Shown one piece after another: positions 28,472 to 36,854 of a DNA stretch of 64,000 nucleotides; position 1 is the stretch's first letter, and the number at the start of each line of letters is the position of its first letter. Origin of the DNA: a phage. The DNA lies in NCBI GenBank assembly GCA_025677605.1, contig GCA_025677605.1_4110.1. One strand, 5' to 3'. The notes beneath the pieces are model-generated. The model worked only from the letters and a program-made list of their open reading frames with translations, was not told where the DNA came from and made no database searches. The position numbers and the translations under genes were made by a program.

Positions 28472-28691
28472 GTATCTTTTCCTGAATAGTCATTTTAAGA
28501 TATCTAAGAATCGATCGAACATAATACTCCTGTCTATCGGTTCCAAGAAAGTACAGGAGTTGTTGATATAATACTTCTGCACTCCTTGCAGCAGGGGTTT
28601 GATTTGGGTCTTTTGGAAGTTGATTTGTATGTTTTCTGGATTTAATTATTCTTTCTTTTATTTCATCGTCTGTTAAGTATATCATTTGCAT
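28437..28691 (-). CDS. Family B small protein
   Basis: Track ORF 28437..28727 trimmed to MQMIYLTDDE (compare MQMINLS in the next two paralogs); FLGTDRQEYYV. Confidence 0.6.
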   Translation of the reverse strand: MQMIYLTDDEIKERIIKSRKHTNQLPKDPNQTPAARSAEVLYQQLLYFLGTDRQEYYVRSILRYLKMTIQEKIHDQIYKNLNSQ

Positions 28692-28918
28692 TTTATGTTC
28701 CTCACATGAATTGTTTGGATTAAACATTCAATCCAAGATGTAACATATCTTGTTTGATATTGTGTGCCTAAGAGACTCTGCATTTTAAACTCTGCTTCAA
28801 GTTCATATCTCTTTTCTATCGTAAAGCTTAAATGACCATATTCTGCATCGTATCTTCTCAGTGATTCCCCAATTCTATCAAATCTTTCTGCTAAGTTGAT
28901 GTTATTCACAGTATTCAT
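28682..28918 (-). CDS. Family B small protein
   Basis: 78 aa; LLGTQYQTRYV. Confidence 0.65.
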   Translation of the reverse strand: MNTVNNINLAERFDRIGESLRRYDAEYGHLSFTIEKRYELEAEFKMQSLLGTQYQTRYVTSWIECLIQTIHVRNIKCK

Positions 28919-29178
28919 CGATCAGTACACCTCAGTGGTTGGGTCATTTGATAAAAGTACAGCTTACCTCTGATTTCCATTAACAACTCGGCTATGACGC
29001 GATTTACTTCTGTCTCTTGATAGTTTGTTCCTAAGAAGACACCCATCTTTAACTCACGATGCATAATCATCTTCTTACTGTGTTGAATTTCTTGGCTGTA
29101 ATAGATTGCATTACGTTTAGGTGAGATTTTTGCTAGTCGCTCGTTATATTCATCTTGACTTAAATTAATCATTTGCAT
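28915..29178 (-). CDS. Family B small protein
   Basis: 87 aa; FLGTNYQETEV. Confidence 0.65.
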   Translation of the reverse strand: MQMINLSQDEYNERLAKISPKRNAIYYSQEIQHSKKMIMHRELKMGVFLGTNYQETEVNRVIAELLMEIRGKLYFYQMTQPLRCTDR

Positions 29179-29393
29179 TTACTTTGGACCTCATTTTGAA
29201 GTGCATTAATGACCTTCAGTACAGCACTCGCTTGATAGTTTGTTCCTAAGACTGAAAGCATCTTGATCTCATTTACTACAATCCACTTATTTGATTGTTC
29301 AATAATGTGACTTTCATAAATGGCCTTGCGTAATGAATAAGTTTTTGCAAGACGTACATAATATTCATCTTTACTTAAATTAATCATTTGCAT
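29169..29393 (-). CDS. Family B small protein
   Basis: 74 aa; VLGTNYQASAV. Confidence 0.65.
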   Translation of the reverse strand: MQMINLSKDEYYVRLAKTYSLRKAIYESHIIEQSNKWIVVNEIKMLSVLGTNYQASAVLKVINALQNEVQSKCK

Positions 29394-29602
29394 TTACTTT
29401 TAACCTCTTTCTGGAGTGCATCAATCCATAGGTCTATATACGTTTGTTGATAGTTTGTGCCTAAGAGTGCCTCTACATAGAGTTCAGCTACCTTTGCGTG
29501 CTTTAGGTCAACAGGGATGCTCTTATCGCTTGATAACATTCTCCTTCTGCTGGTGCATGTTTTCAGAAGCCTGATGTATTCAACACCTTGTAATTTTCTC
29601 AT
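29384..29602 (-). CDS. Family B small protein
   Basis: 72 aa; LLGTNYQQTYI. Confidence 0.65.
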   Translation of the reverse strand: MRKLQGVEYIRLLKTCTSRRRMLSSDKSIPVDLKHAKVAELYVEALLGTNYQQTYIDLWIDALQKEVKSKCK

Positions 29603-29814
29603 TCTCTGGATATCACCTTGTTACGTAGACTTGCTAACCATGCGTCAGTATAGATGTTTTGATAGTTTGTCCCAATGAAGATAGATAGCTTCATTTCAGT
29701 TATTATAACACATTTGTCCACTTGTGCAATAGATTTGTTTAAAGAAATACTAGAAACTTTTGCTTGTATAGTTCGCAACAGCCTGTAATATTCATACCCA
29801 CTAAGGATTTTCAT
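29599..29814 (-). CDS. Family B small protein
   Basis: 71 aa; FIGTNYQNIYT. Confidence 0.65.
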   Translation of the reverse strand: MKILSGYEYYRLLRTIQAKVSSISLNKSIAQVDKCVIITEMKLSIFIGTNYQNIYTDAWLASLRNKVISRE

Positions 29815-30061
29815 TCTCTCGTCTCCAGACTTCCGTTCTTATATGTTGTTGATATGCTTCCAGATAGTTCTCTATTGCCTTAGAGATTGTTTGTGTATCG
29901 TCGCCCGTCATCAGTACAAGCATCTCTGCTTCACAGTGTATAAGTCTGCTAATATCATTAGTGAGTTTATCAGATACCGTATCATAGTGTTTGTGGATTA
30001 GTTTCTGAAATAGTTTAACGTACATAATGTGATTTATTCTGGATCGCATTGTCTTTTCCAT
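29801..30061 (-). CDS. Family B small protein (divergent)
   Basis: 86 aa; MTGDDTQTIS at the motif position. Confidence 0.55.
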   Translation of the reverse strand: MEKTMRSRINHIMYVKLFQKLIHKHYDTVSDKLTNDISRLIHCEAEMLVLMTGDDTQTISKAIENYLEAYQQHIRTEVWRRENENP

Positions 30062-30285
30062 TCTCTTTTGGCCTGTCGGGTTTTATACGCTACAAGGTTT
30101 CTTAGTGCATTGATATAACGATCAGTGAAGATATCTTGTTTATTAGTTCCAACGAATTTAAGAAGAAACACGTCACCATTAACTACATCATTCTCAGGGG
30201 AAGGATAAAGTTCATTGTTCTTGCGAAGGGTGTTTAGTAAAGAGAATAGGGCAGATTGATACTCAGTGCTTGATAATACTTTCAT
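30034..30285 (-). CDS. Family B small protein
   Basis: 83 aa; FVGTNKQDIFT. Confidence 0.65.
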   Translation of the reverse strand: MKVLSSTEYQSALFSLLNTLRKNNELYPSPENDVVNGDVFLLKFVGTNKQDIFTDRYINALRNLVAYKTRQAKREWKRQCDPE

Positions 30286-30509
30286 TAGTTCATTCCCTTT
30301 CTTTCTATATGTTTCATAAGAACATTAAGATACTCACCCACAAACCTATTCTGATACTGCGTCCCCATGAATTCAAACAGCCATACTTCAGCAACCATTT
30401 CTTCAATTTCATTCCAAGATAAGTACATCATAGTGAAGTAAATGTGGTTCTCTTTTTGAGATGCACTCCTTGAGCGAGCCTCGTATTCAAAGTTATTAAT
30501 GCAGTTCAT
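30285..30509 (-). CDS. Family B small protein
   Basis: 74 aa; FMGTQYQNRFV. Confidence 0.65.
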   Translation of the reverse strand: MNCINNFEYEARSRSASQKENHIYFTMMYLSWNEIEEMVAEVWLFEFMGTQYQNRFVGEYLNVLMKHIERKGMN

Positions 30510-30718
30510 AGTTTACTCCTGATGTATTTCTCAAGAGCTATTAGATACTCTTGGACATAAGATTTCTGGTGGTCAGTTCCTAAGAAGACACCCAGAAGTA
30601 ATTCTTTTTCCATAACTTTTGATAAGTATACATCATCCCTGTCTGCATATATCAGCAAGATTTCAATCTGCTTAGAATTGTAACGTTTCCTATATTGCTC
30701 TGGTGTTAATATAATCAT
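30506..30718 (-). CDS. Family B small protein
   Basis: 70 aa; FLGTDHQKSYV. Confidence 0.65.
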   Translation of the reverse strand: MIILTPEQYRKRYNSKQIEILLIYADRDDVYLSKVMEKELLLGVFLGTDHQKSYVQEYLIALEKYIRSKL

Positions 30719-30924
30719 AGTTTACTCTTTATATCTTCAATTAAAAATCCAATACAATCATTGACATACTCTTCCTGAAAGTTAGTCCCCAGTACAGCCA
30801 ACATGCGATACTCTGCTGACCTTATCGCTCTTTCAGTTTTTGGTAAGTTACGTGGTATAGTTACCATCAATTCAAGATACTCCACCATACGACTCAATGC
30901 TTGTCTTTGTGTTATAGTTTTCAT
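30715..30924 (-). CDS. Family B small protein
   Basis: 69 aa; VLGTNFQEEYV. Confidence 0.65.
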   Translation of the reverse strand: MKTITQRQALSRMVEYLELMVTIPRNLPKTERAIRSAEYRMLAVLGTNFQEEYVNDCIGFLIEDIKSKL

Positions 30925-31121
30925 AATTTACACCTCGCTCGTATGTCAGCTTTCAAAGATTCCAAATAGTGCGTTACCCACACTTCCTGATAGTTGGTTC
31001 CCATCGTAATCAACAGGTACAACTCAACTCTTTCTAAGTGCACATTGCTTTGGTAAATCCTTGCCGTGTTTTTACGTAGTATATGATGATATTCATCTTG
31101 GGTTAATGTACGCATTTTCAT
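30921..31121 (-). CDS. Family B small protein
   Basis: 66 aa; TMGTNYQEVWV. Confidence 0.65.
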   Translation of the reverse strand: MKMRTLTQDEYHHILRKNTARIYQSNVHLERVELYLLITMGTNYQEVWVTHYLESLKADIRARCKL

Positions 31122-31315
31122 AGTTTACCATTTATCTCTAAACATAACTCTTTTACATATAGTTTAACATATTCATTTTGTAAGTTAGTTCCTAAGAATA
31201 GTTCCATAACTAATTCACGTTTATAGGCATTACCACGTTTATGAGACTTATACATTATCATAGCCATGTTATTGATAAGTCTTTCGTGATGCTCTTCTTG
31301 TGTTAAAATACGCAT
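31118..31315 (-). CDS. Family B small protein (first gene of operon)
   Basis: 65 aa; FLGTNLQNEYV. Confidence 0.65.
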   Translation of the reverse strand: MRILTQEEHHERLINNMAMIMYKSHKRGNAYKRELVMELFLGTNLQNEYVKLYVKELCLEINGKL

Positions 31316-31349
31316 AGGGCAAATTCCATAGGTTCATATATGAAAAAAC

Positions 31350-31378
31350 ATCATACCCCATATGAGGCATGATGTCAA
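31350..31378 (-). promoter_or_regulatory. sigma70-type promoter of the family B operon
   Basis: -35 TTGACA 31373..31378; 17 bp; -10 TATGAT 31350..31355. Confidence 0.6.
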
Positions 31379-31381
31379 GTG

Positions 31382-32203
31382 TTAAAGCTTACCCATGTAA
31401 GTAAGTTCTTCCATAATAAATTTTAGTCCAGCTTCGTCGGTGAGTTCAGTACAGCCATCTTTGATTTTAACATGTTGCATATGATTAATTAAATTAGTAT
31501 ACTTCAACATATCCTCAAGGTCAGCAGCTTCAACTGAGTTTTCAAACAGTACAGCTATGATTTCTTCAGAATCGAACCTATTGTTATATTTGAATAGTTC
31601 ACGACGATTTGTTAAATTATGAGTAACTCCGTATTTGTAAACAACTTCACTATTGTGGATGAACTTATTGACATAGAAATAAGCTTCATGCGAACCATTG
31701 AATGTCTTACGCTTATAACAATCTGGGCAGTTTGTTATATTACCATTTTCAACTATATGACACATTTTTCGTTCAAAAATACAACCACATTTACATTCAA
31801 GATTGCATGTGTAATTACCATATACTCCATGTCTATTTGATTTACCTGACGGAATATACCCATTACATCTTATATCATTTCCCTGAAATTCTAGAATGCA
31901 ATTAGCAACGTAAACTATATCTTTATCAGTATATCGTATACGAGAAATATTATTAGCTTTCATCAAATAATTAGCTGACCTTGTAAGTAAAACACCATTA
32001 TATTCATAAAGGATTGGTGTTTTATTTCCTATATATTCCGATGATTTTTTGATAGCATATCCTAAGATTTTTATCGATGTGTGTTTATTTGAAATTTCAT
32101 TTGTATAAAATTTCGGTGTTTTAATATTATGAGTGTTGTAAATTACATTTATATTTTCAGCCAACATATAATTGAATGTACGACCGCCGCGTATAATTTG
32201 CAT
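31382..32203 (-). CDS. Putative nuclease: Cys-cluster plus GIY-YIG-superfamily (T5orf172-like) C-terminal domain
   Basis: 273 aa. CNLECKCGC..C..CPDC cluster. The C-terminus AYFYVNKF..VYKYGVTHNLTNRR..AADLEDML..DGCTE fits the Y..Y-KxGxT..R...E pattern of T5orf172/GIY-YIG-like domains. Confidence 0.45.
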   Translation of the reverse strand: MQIIRGGRTFNYMLAENINVIYNTHNIKTPKFYTNEISNKHTSIKILGYAIKKSSEYIGNKTPILYEYNGVLLTRSANYLMKANNISRIRYTDKDIVYVANCILEFQGNDIRCNGYIPSGKSNRHGVYGNYTCNLECKCGCIFERKMCHIVENGNITNCPDCYKRKTFNGSHEAYFYVNKFIHNSEVVYKYGVTHNLTNRRELFKYNNRFDSEEIIAVLFENSVEAADLEDMLKYTNLINHMQHVKIKDGCTELTDEAGLKFIMEELTYMGKL

Positions 32204-32360
32204 ATTAAGTCTCCCTGATAATTGTAATTATTATATCACACATATATTTTTTATCCCATCTATGAACACATTCACACGCGACTAAGCATTAATAGCCTTT
32301 ACTTTGATAATAATATAATAACAGTCCGAAACTATTTCATACGTTATAGTGTACTGGTTA

Positions 32361-32393
32361 AAATAAAAAACGATGCATTTTTAAAATGCACCG
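32361..32393 (-). terminator. Rho-independent terminator ending the early-like block
   Basis: Minus-strand hairpin GGUGCAU..AUGCAUC followed by UUUUUUAUUU. Confidence 0.6.
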
Positions 32394-32437
32394 ATTATTT
32401 TCTGACTAATAGTTTTAGTACTGAATCATTTAATTCA

Positions 32438-32647
32438 TTAATCATTACTTACTGCAATGATAATCTGCGTATCCGCGTAGTCCTGCCAGACTTCACCGCC
32501 AGCCTTTGCCCTGGTTAGTCGTGCTGTCATCTGCTTAACAGTCTTAGGCTTTAGTGGAACCTGTTGCAGTACTGTACGCATAGCATCATCGATGTTATCG
32601 TGTACGCCTGCAATAGTACCTAGAACGCTGTATACTGTATAGATCAT
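32438..32647 (-). CDS. Hypothetical small protein
   Basis: 69-aa ORF; last gene before the terminator. Confidence 0.55.
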   Translation of the reverse strand: MIYTVYSVLGTIAGVHDNIDDAMRTVLQQVPLKPKTVKQMTARLTRAKAGGEVWQDYADTQIIIAVSND

Positions 32648-32715
32648 GTGTATGTACTCCTGATATAGTTAAGGCCGCTACAAGGCGGCCTATGATGTTT
32701 GGTGATGTGTAATGC

Positions 32716-33117
32716 TTACAGTCCTAAGATTGTGCGTGCTTCGTTACGCTCCTTAGTCTGCTGCATGATGTAAGCGAGCAAGTCCTTACTAATGTATCCC
32801 GTGTCCATAGCTTCACGGATGGATACATCATAAGCACCGAACCCCGTGCGAACGATACGCACATCATTCAGGTTAGTGTTATAGATACCGCCGAGATCAA
32901 CGGCTTCAAATACTGCATCAACAGTATATTCATTGTTACCATCATTGAAGTTTTCCAGTTCAATCGTATTGTTAGTTGCCCAACGTTTACAGCTTCCAAT
33001 GATGCGGCAATATTCAGGGTGCATGTGACCATTGTTTACAGCATACTCCATGCCAGCTTTACCAAAAGTCCGAGCCAGTACTAAAACGTCAGCGTAGGAA
33101 GTGATTGAGAAAGTCAT
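32716..33117 (-). CDS. Hypothetical protein
   Basis: Track ORF 32716..33174 trimmed to MTFSITSY (AAGGAG SD); the extension is a translation of the leader hairpin and promoter. Confidence 0.6.
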   Translation of the reverse strand: MTFSITSYADVLVLARTFGKAGMEYAVNNGHMHPEYCRIIGSCKRWATNNTIELENFNDGNNEYTVDAVFEAVDLGGIYNTNLNDVRIVRTGFGAYDVSIREAMDTGYISKDLLAYIMQQTKERNEARTILGL

Positions 33118-33137
33118 GGTAGTACTCCTTAAGTTAG

Positions 33138-33200
33138 GAGGGAGAACCATTTCCCCCCTCTCTATGTAAAACATTATACACTTTACTAAGTACTATGCAA
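33138..33200 (-). promoter_or_regulatory. sigma70-type promoter plus leader hairpin
   Basis: -35 TTGCAT 33195..33200; 16 bp; -10 TATAAT 33173..33178; hairpin about 33138..33160. Confidence 0.65.
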
Positions 33201-33207
33201 GTACTTT

Positions 33208-33540
33208 TTACATTTTAATACCTGGATTCAGGTAGCGGTGAGATCCATATTCTGGATCGGTTTCGGTCCAGTACTGTAAATCGATAGTACCTTTAGCGTT
33301 AATCTTGTCTACCAGCTTATTCATCTTAGCGTATACTACGTCCGCATCGATGCGTTTAAAGCCAGTAGCTTTAGTGTAGTAGTAGTGATTTGCTTCACTA
33401 TCATTGAGGATATACCGAGCACCGTTTGCAGTTTGTGCGATAATGATTGAGTATTCTACTTCCCGATCCAGCCCGTCAATGAATACAGATGAAACATTGG
33501 TACGGATGAAAGCGTTTACGATAGCGATTGAAGTACTCAT
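33208..33540 (-). CDS. Hypothetical protein
   Basis: 110-aa ORF; GGAG SD. Confidence 0.6.
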   Translation of the reverse strand: MSTSIAIVNAFIRTNVSSVFIDGLDREVEYSIIIAQTANGARYILNDSEANHYYYTKATGFKRIDADVVYAKMNKLVDKINAKGTIDLQYWTETDPEYGSHRYLNPGIKM

Positions 33541-33593
33541 TTTGAATCTCCTAACTTTGTGGACCGTCGCACCATTGCCGCCCTACGAGATAC

Positions 33594-33622
33594 ATTATTG
33601 CAGTACTGCTATACTTTGTCAA
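33594..33622 (-). promoter_or_regulatory. sigma70-type promoter
   Basis: -35 TTGACA 33617..33622; 17 bp; -10 AATAAT 33594..33599. Confidence 0.55.
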
Positions 33623-33647
33623 TAGTTTTTTATTAATAGTTTTCACT

Positions 33648-33655
33648 CCACCAGC
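33648..33655 (-). other. Chi octamer (GCTGGTGG on minus strand)
   Basis: Plus strand reads CCACCAGC; intergenic. Confidence 0.8.
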
Positions 33656-33734
33656 AGATAGTTACTCACCGTTATTAACTATATATTTTAGATACACCTA
33701 TGCACCCGGTGGGCTAGTTTTTGTCTATGCGTAT

Positions 33735-33767
33735 ATAATAGCAAAGGGACTGACCGGAGTCAATCCC
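33735..33767 (-). promoter_or_regulatory. R-module copy 1: terminator hairpin with embedded promoter
   Basis: Hairpin GGGACTGAC / GTCAATCCC 33746..33767; -35 TTGACT 33758..33763; 17 bp; -10 TATTAT 33735..33740; conserved core 33699..33717. Confidence 0.5.
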
Positions 33768-33785
33768 TTTTTTTATTCTTTTTTG

Positions 33786-33986
33786 TTAGATGATCTTCCA
33801 ATCTTCCACGATCATTGTAAGATACCGAACCATCGATTCGAGTGATTCGAATTCACGATAATCTGTCGCCCCACCAGCGGTACAAGTACAGCCGATTAAG
33901 CCGGATTGTAGTTCCTGGATCTTTACGTCGATCAGGTTAGCTTTAGCATCTTTCAGTACTTCAACCAGGGCGATAGCGATAGACAT
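33786..33986 (-). CDS. Hypothetical small protein
   Basis: 66-aa ORF with its own promoter and hairpin; contains a Chi site. Confidence 0.55.
   Translation of the reverse strand: MSIAIALVEVLKDAKANLIDVKIQELQSGLIGCTCTAGGATDYREFESLESMVRYLTMIVEDWKII
33871..33878 (-). other. Chi octamer (minus strand)
   Basis: Plus strand reads CCACCAGC; inside a CDS. Confidence 0.8.
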
Positions 33987-34008
33987 AATGTTTTACTCCA
34001 AACTATTG

Positions 34009-34069
34009 GCGGGAGAACTATTCCCCCGCTCTATGTAAAACATTATACACTATATGATAGTACTGTCAA
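34009..34069 (-). promoter_or_regulatory. sigma70-type promoter plus leader hairpin
   Basis: -35 TTGACA 34064..34069; 16 bp; -10 TATAAT 34042..34047; hairpin GCGGGAGAA / TTCCCCCGC 34009..34029. Confidence 0.65.
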
Positions 34070-34075
34070 ATAGTT

Positions 34076-34333
34076 TTATGAGATATCCTCGATATAGTCG
34101 GCCCATTTCATTTTTTCAGTACTGTCAAGTGCAATCGGATTGTTAGGATCAAACCATTCACCATTACCGCAATACATCCCCACGGCAACGGTTTTATATC
34201 CATCCTGGGCCGTATTCCATGCAAGGCCACGATAGATACGGCCTTTAACTGGTTGCAGTACTGGTAACGTTTTATGGTCTTCTACGTAGGCCATAGCTTG
34301 AGGATTTACCCGATATTGTGTGAATTGTTCCAT
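34076..34333 (-). CDS. Hypothetical small protein (paralog of 34416..34682)
   Basis: Track ORF trimmed to MEQFTQYRV; the extension MFCIGEISSP is a translation of the promoter and hairpin. Confidence 0.6.
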   Translation of the reverse strand: MEQFTQYRVNPQAMAYVEDHKTLPVLQPVKGRIYRGLAWNTAQDGYKTVAVGMYCGNGEWFDPNNPIALDSTEKMKWADYIEDIS

Positions 34334-34355
34334 GATGTTTCCCCTTTTAATATTG

Positions 34356-34410
34356 GGGGAGGATATCTCCCCTATGCAAAACATTATACACTATCAGTTA
34401 GTACTGTCAA
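34356..34410 (-). promoter_or_regulatory. sigma70-type promoter plus leader hairpin
   Basis: -35 TTGACA 34405..34410; 16 bp; -10 TATAAT 34383..34388; hairpin 34356..34372. Confidence 0.65.
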
Positions 34411-34415
34411 TACTA

Positions 34416-34682
34416 TCAATTAAATTTAGGATGTATTTCAATGTAGTCACAATAAGGAAAATATTCAATATAACGCGTAGTGATTGGATGTAACGGATCG
34501 GACCATACACCGTCACCCTCATAGCGTGCTATTGGGCCTTTTAAGTACTTTTGTTGTTTCCTTGACCAGTATATGGATTGATAGACTACACCAACGGCAG
34601 GAACAACGAGCGGGAGCATAGAGTGATCTAATACAACGGATTGATAATTTTTATTATAGCGATATGTTGTTTTCTTTTTCAT
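34416..34682 (-). CDS. Hypothetical small protein (paralog of 34076..34333)
   Basis: 88 aa; shares the pattern ..LP..P..G..Y....W......Y......Y.G.G.W.DP..PI. Confidence 0.6.
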   Translation of the reverse strand: MKKKTTYRYNKNYQSVVLDHSMLPLVVPAVGVVYQSIYWSRKQQKYLKGPIARYEGDGVWSDPLHPITTRYIEYFPYCDYIEIHPKFN

Positions 34683-34734
34683 TGTTAACCTATTATAGAA
34701 ATTATTAAGGGGATATTATCATCCCCTTTTATTG

Positions 34735-34959
34735 TTATACTAGATTATTTAATCCTCTTATGGTTGATGCTTTTTCTTCTTTCTCCCATTGGCGGTAATA
34801 CTTCCATGCTTCGTGATAGGTGGCGATCAGTTTATCTTTCTCTTCCTGGGGGCTATTCAGGAATGTATCCCGATAATCAGTACTATAGATTACATCGAAT
34901 GGTTTTTTCTCAAAGGCCAGGTCTGCAACTACTGATTCAAGTACTTCGTATGTGGTCAT
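34735..34959 (-). CDS. Hypothetical small protein
   Basis: 74-aa ORF. Confidence 0.55.
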   Translation of the reverse strand: MTTYEVLESVVADLAFEKKPFDVIYSTDYRDTFLNSPQEEKDKLIATYHEAWKYYRQWEKEEKASTIRGLNNLV

Positions 34960-34977
34960 GATATTACACCTTTTAGT

Positions 34978-35034
34978 GGGGGAGGATATCTCCCCCTATG
35001 CAAAACATTATACTTTGTTTTACTTACTATGCAA
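34978..35034 (-). promoter_or_regulatory. sigma70-type promoter plus leader hairpin
   Basis: -35 TTGCAT 35029..35034 (overlaps the stop of the upstream gene); 16 bp; -10 TATAAT 35007..35012; hairpin 34978..34996. Confidence 0.65.
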
Positions 35035-35290
35035 GTACTTTTTTCATATAAAGGTTATATTCTACACCGCCGTAACCTTCTACGATGATATGTTTTGCGT
35101 TATCACGTTTGCACATAGTGAAACCGTTGTTGATGTGTTCTGCATTTTCCAGGGATACATCACCGATAGCGGCACATACAGCACTTATAACAGTATTCCG
35201 CAAAGTACTGGTATCGTTAGCGGTCATAGTAGTTTGCAGTACTACGTTGTCGTATACGTGTGCATTGATAGTGATTTCGATAGTGTTCAT
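35027..35290 (-). CDS. Hypothetical small protein
   Basis: 87-aa ORF; GGAG SD. Confidence 0.6.
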   Translation of the reverse strand: MNTIEITINAHVYDNVVLQTTMTANDTSTLRNTVISAVCAAIGDVSLENAEHINNGFTMCKRDNAKHIIVEGYGGVEYNLYMKKVLA

Positions 35291-35308
35291 GGTGTATCTC
35301 CTGGACTT

Positions 35309-35369
35309 GAGGGGAAACCATTTCCCCTCTCGATATAAAACATTATACGTTAATCTAACTACAATGCAA
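35309..35369 (-). promoter_or_regulatory. sigma70-type promoter plus leader hairpin
   Basis: -35 TTGCAT 35364..35369; 16 bp; -10 TATAAT 35342..35347; hairpin GAGGGGAAA / TTTCCCCTC 35309..35329. Confidence 0.65.
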
Positions 35370-35376
35370 GTACTTT

Positions 35377-35568
35377 TTAAATTTTATTTCCGATATAGTC
35401 CGGCCTATTCTTTTCAGTCATACGCTTTGCTAATGTTTGTATATGGCTTATCGCGTTTAAGGTGTCTTCCTCCAGGGATGAATCAACATAATCAGGATCA
35501 TTCTTAACCTTGCAATGATTATGATAGCGTAGTACTGCAAGTACTTTTTTAACTTCTTCAACTGTCAT
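35377..35568 (-). CDS. Hypothetical small protein
   Basis: 63-aa ORF; ATGA coupling to 35565..35837. Confidence 0.55.
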   Translation of the reverse strand: MTVEEVKKVLAVLRYHNHCKVKNDPDYVDSSLEEDTLNAISHIQTLAKRMTEKNRPDYIGNKI

Positions 35569-35837
35569 AATAAGTATTCCACTTCGTTAGCTTTCAGGTT
35601 AGTATCAATCATTAGTGGATTTTTGTAGTCCACAAAACGTTTAGTTTTCTCGATAGCGAAGCCCATATAATCCATCTTGCTTACAGTGCATTCATTCTTA
35701 AAAACTTCTTTCGCTGCATTGATGGCTGATTCCATTGATAACCGACCATCTAAGTTAATATTTCCAAATGATCCACCAGCAGAAGTAGGATTACCGTTCA
35801 TATCTTTAATGATCATAGTAGCGGAGTAGCTAGACAT
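35565..35837 (-). CDS. Hypothetical small protein
   Basis: 90-aa ORF; contains a Chi site. Confidence 0.6.
   Translation of the reverse strand: MSSYSATMIIKDMNGNPTSAGGSFGNINLDGRLSMESAINAAKEVFKNECTVSKMDYMGFAIEKTKRFVDYKNPLMIDTNLKANEVEYLL
35773..35780 (-). other. Chi octamer (minus strand)
   Basis: Plus strand reads CCACCAGC; inside a CDS. Confidence 0.8.
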
Positions 35838-35859
35838 AATTTTGTTTCCTTTTATTGGT

Positions 35860-35918
35860 GGGGAGAACTATTCTCCCCTTGATGTAAACTATTATACAGT
35901 ACTGATATACTTTGTCAA
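35860..35918 (-). promoter_or_regulatory. sigma70-type promoter plus leader hairpin
   Basis: -35 TTGACA 35913..35918; 16 bp; -10 TATAAT 35891..35896 (TG-extended); hairpin GGGGAGAA / TTCTCCCC 35860..35878. Confidence 0.7.
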
Positions 35919-35924
35919 GTACTT

Positions 35925-36329
35925 TTATTCGCCCATATAGATTAGATTATCATCGCCCACATAGGGATCGCAAACGTTGATTTCTTCGCAGTACTTAGTG
36001 AATACATCGTCATAGTGACCGATATCACGATCCCAAAAGCCAGTACCGTGACCTTCGCGAGTAAGAAAGAGATCATGACCTGCATGATTATAAGTATAAT
36101 CAGGATTATGGTGTTTTTGTACTGCTTCCATTTCATTACTAAACTTTTCAAGGAAACGAGAACATGCAATCACCGCCGCTTGATGGGCTTGCTCTGATAA
36201 TTCGTAATCTTCCAGGTAGTCGCCGTTCTCATTGTGTACAGTACTGAATTGCATAGCTTCAATGTAACCAGCGACCATAGCAGCATGATTTTTATCGTTG
36301 GCGATGTTCCGGGCTTGATTAGTAGTCAT
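35925..36329 (-). CDS. Hypothetical protein
   Basis: 134-aa ORF. Confidence 0.6.
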   Translation of the reverse strand: MTTNQARNIANDKNHAAMVAGYIEAMQFSTVHNENGDYLEDYELSEQAHQAAVIACSRFLEKFSNEMEAVQKHHNPDYTYNHAGHDLFLTREGHGTGFWDRDIGHYDDVFTKYCEEINVCDPYVGDDNLIYMGE

Positions 36330-36348
36330 GATTTTATTCCTTTGTGCT

Positions 36349-36407
36349 GGGGAGAACTATTCTCCCCTTGATGAAAACTATTATACAGTACTAAGATACT
36401 TTGTCAA
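36349..36407 (-). promoter_or_regulatory. sigma70-type promoter plus leader hairpin
   Basis: -35 TTGACA 36402..36407; 16 bp; -10 TATAAT 36380..36385; hairpin 36349..36367. Confidence 0.7.
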
Positions 36408-36410
36408 TAC

Positions 36411-36632
36411 TTAATTACGTTTAAAATGATATGTGCCTTTATCATCCTGTACGCCCCATACTGATTTACCATCAACACCAGTGAAGCCGGATTGTAATTC
36501 AATATGGAAACCATTATTATCAACTACAAAAACTTTTTTATTTTCATCCCGATAACATTGATATTCTGAATCAACATTAAAGGCCGCATCATTCAGAAGA
36601 TTGGAAGCGTAAATGCAAGTCATTGTAGTCAT
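36411..36632 (-). CDS. Hypothetical small protein
   Basis: Track ORF 36411..36707 trimmed to MTTMTCIY; the extension covers the hairpin and promoter. Confidence 0.55.
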   Translation of the reverse strand: MTTMTCIYASNLLNDAAFNVDSEYQCYRDENKKVFVVDNNGFHIELQSGFTGVDGKSVWGVQDDKGTYHFKRN

Positions 36633-36651
36633 GATTTTATTCCTTATTACC

Positions 36652-36712
36652 AGGGAGAACCGTTCCCCCCTCTCGATATAAAACATTATACTTGATTCTA
36701 AGTACAATGCAA
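36652..36712 (-). promoter_or_regulatory. sigma70-type promoter plus leader hairpin
   Basis: -35 TTGCAT 36707..36712; 16 bp; -10 TATAAT 36685..36690; hairpin 36652..36671. Confidence 0.65.
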
Positions 36713-36807
36713 GTACTTTTTAAAAATAGTTTTCAGTACTGACAATACTTATATTATAGATACACTTATGCACCCTATGGGTCAGTGAGTTATCTCTCAA
36801 TGACTAT

Positions 36808-36840
36808 ATAATAGCAAAGGGACTGACTGGAGTCAATCCC
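36808..36840 (-). promoter_or_regulatory. R-module copy 2: terminator hairpin with embedded promoter
   Basis: Hairpin 36819..36840; -35 TTGACT 36831..36836; 17 bp; -10 TATTAT 36808..36813; core 36768..36785. Confidence 0.5.
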
Positions 36841-36854
36841 TTTTTTAATCTTTT

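Noticed and set aside
34952-35507. Plus-strand ORFs 34952..35338 (128 aa) and 35085..35507 (140 aa)
   Set aside because: They run across two minus-strand promoters, leader hairpins and three well-supported minus genes. They have no SD or promoter of their own.
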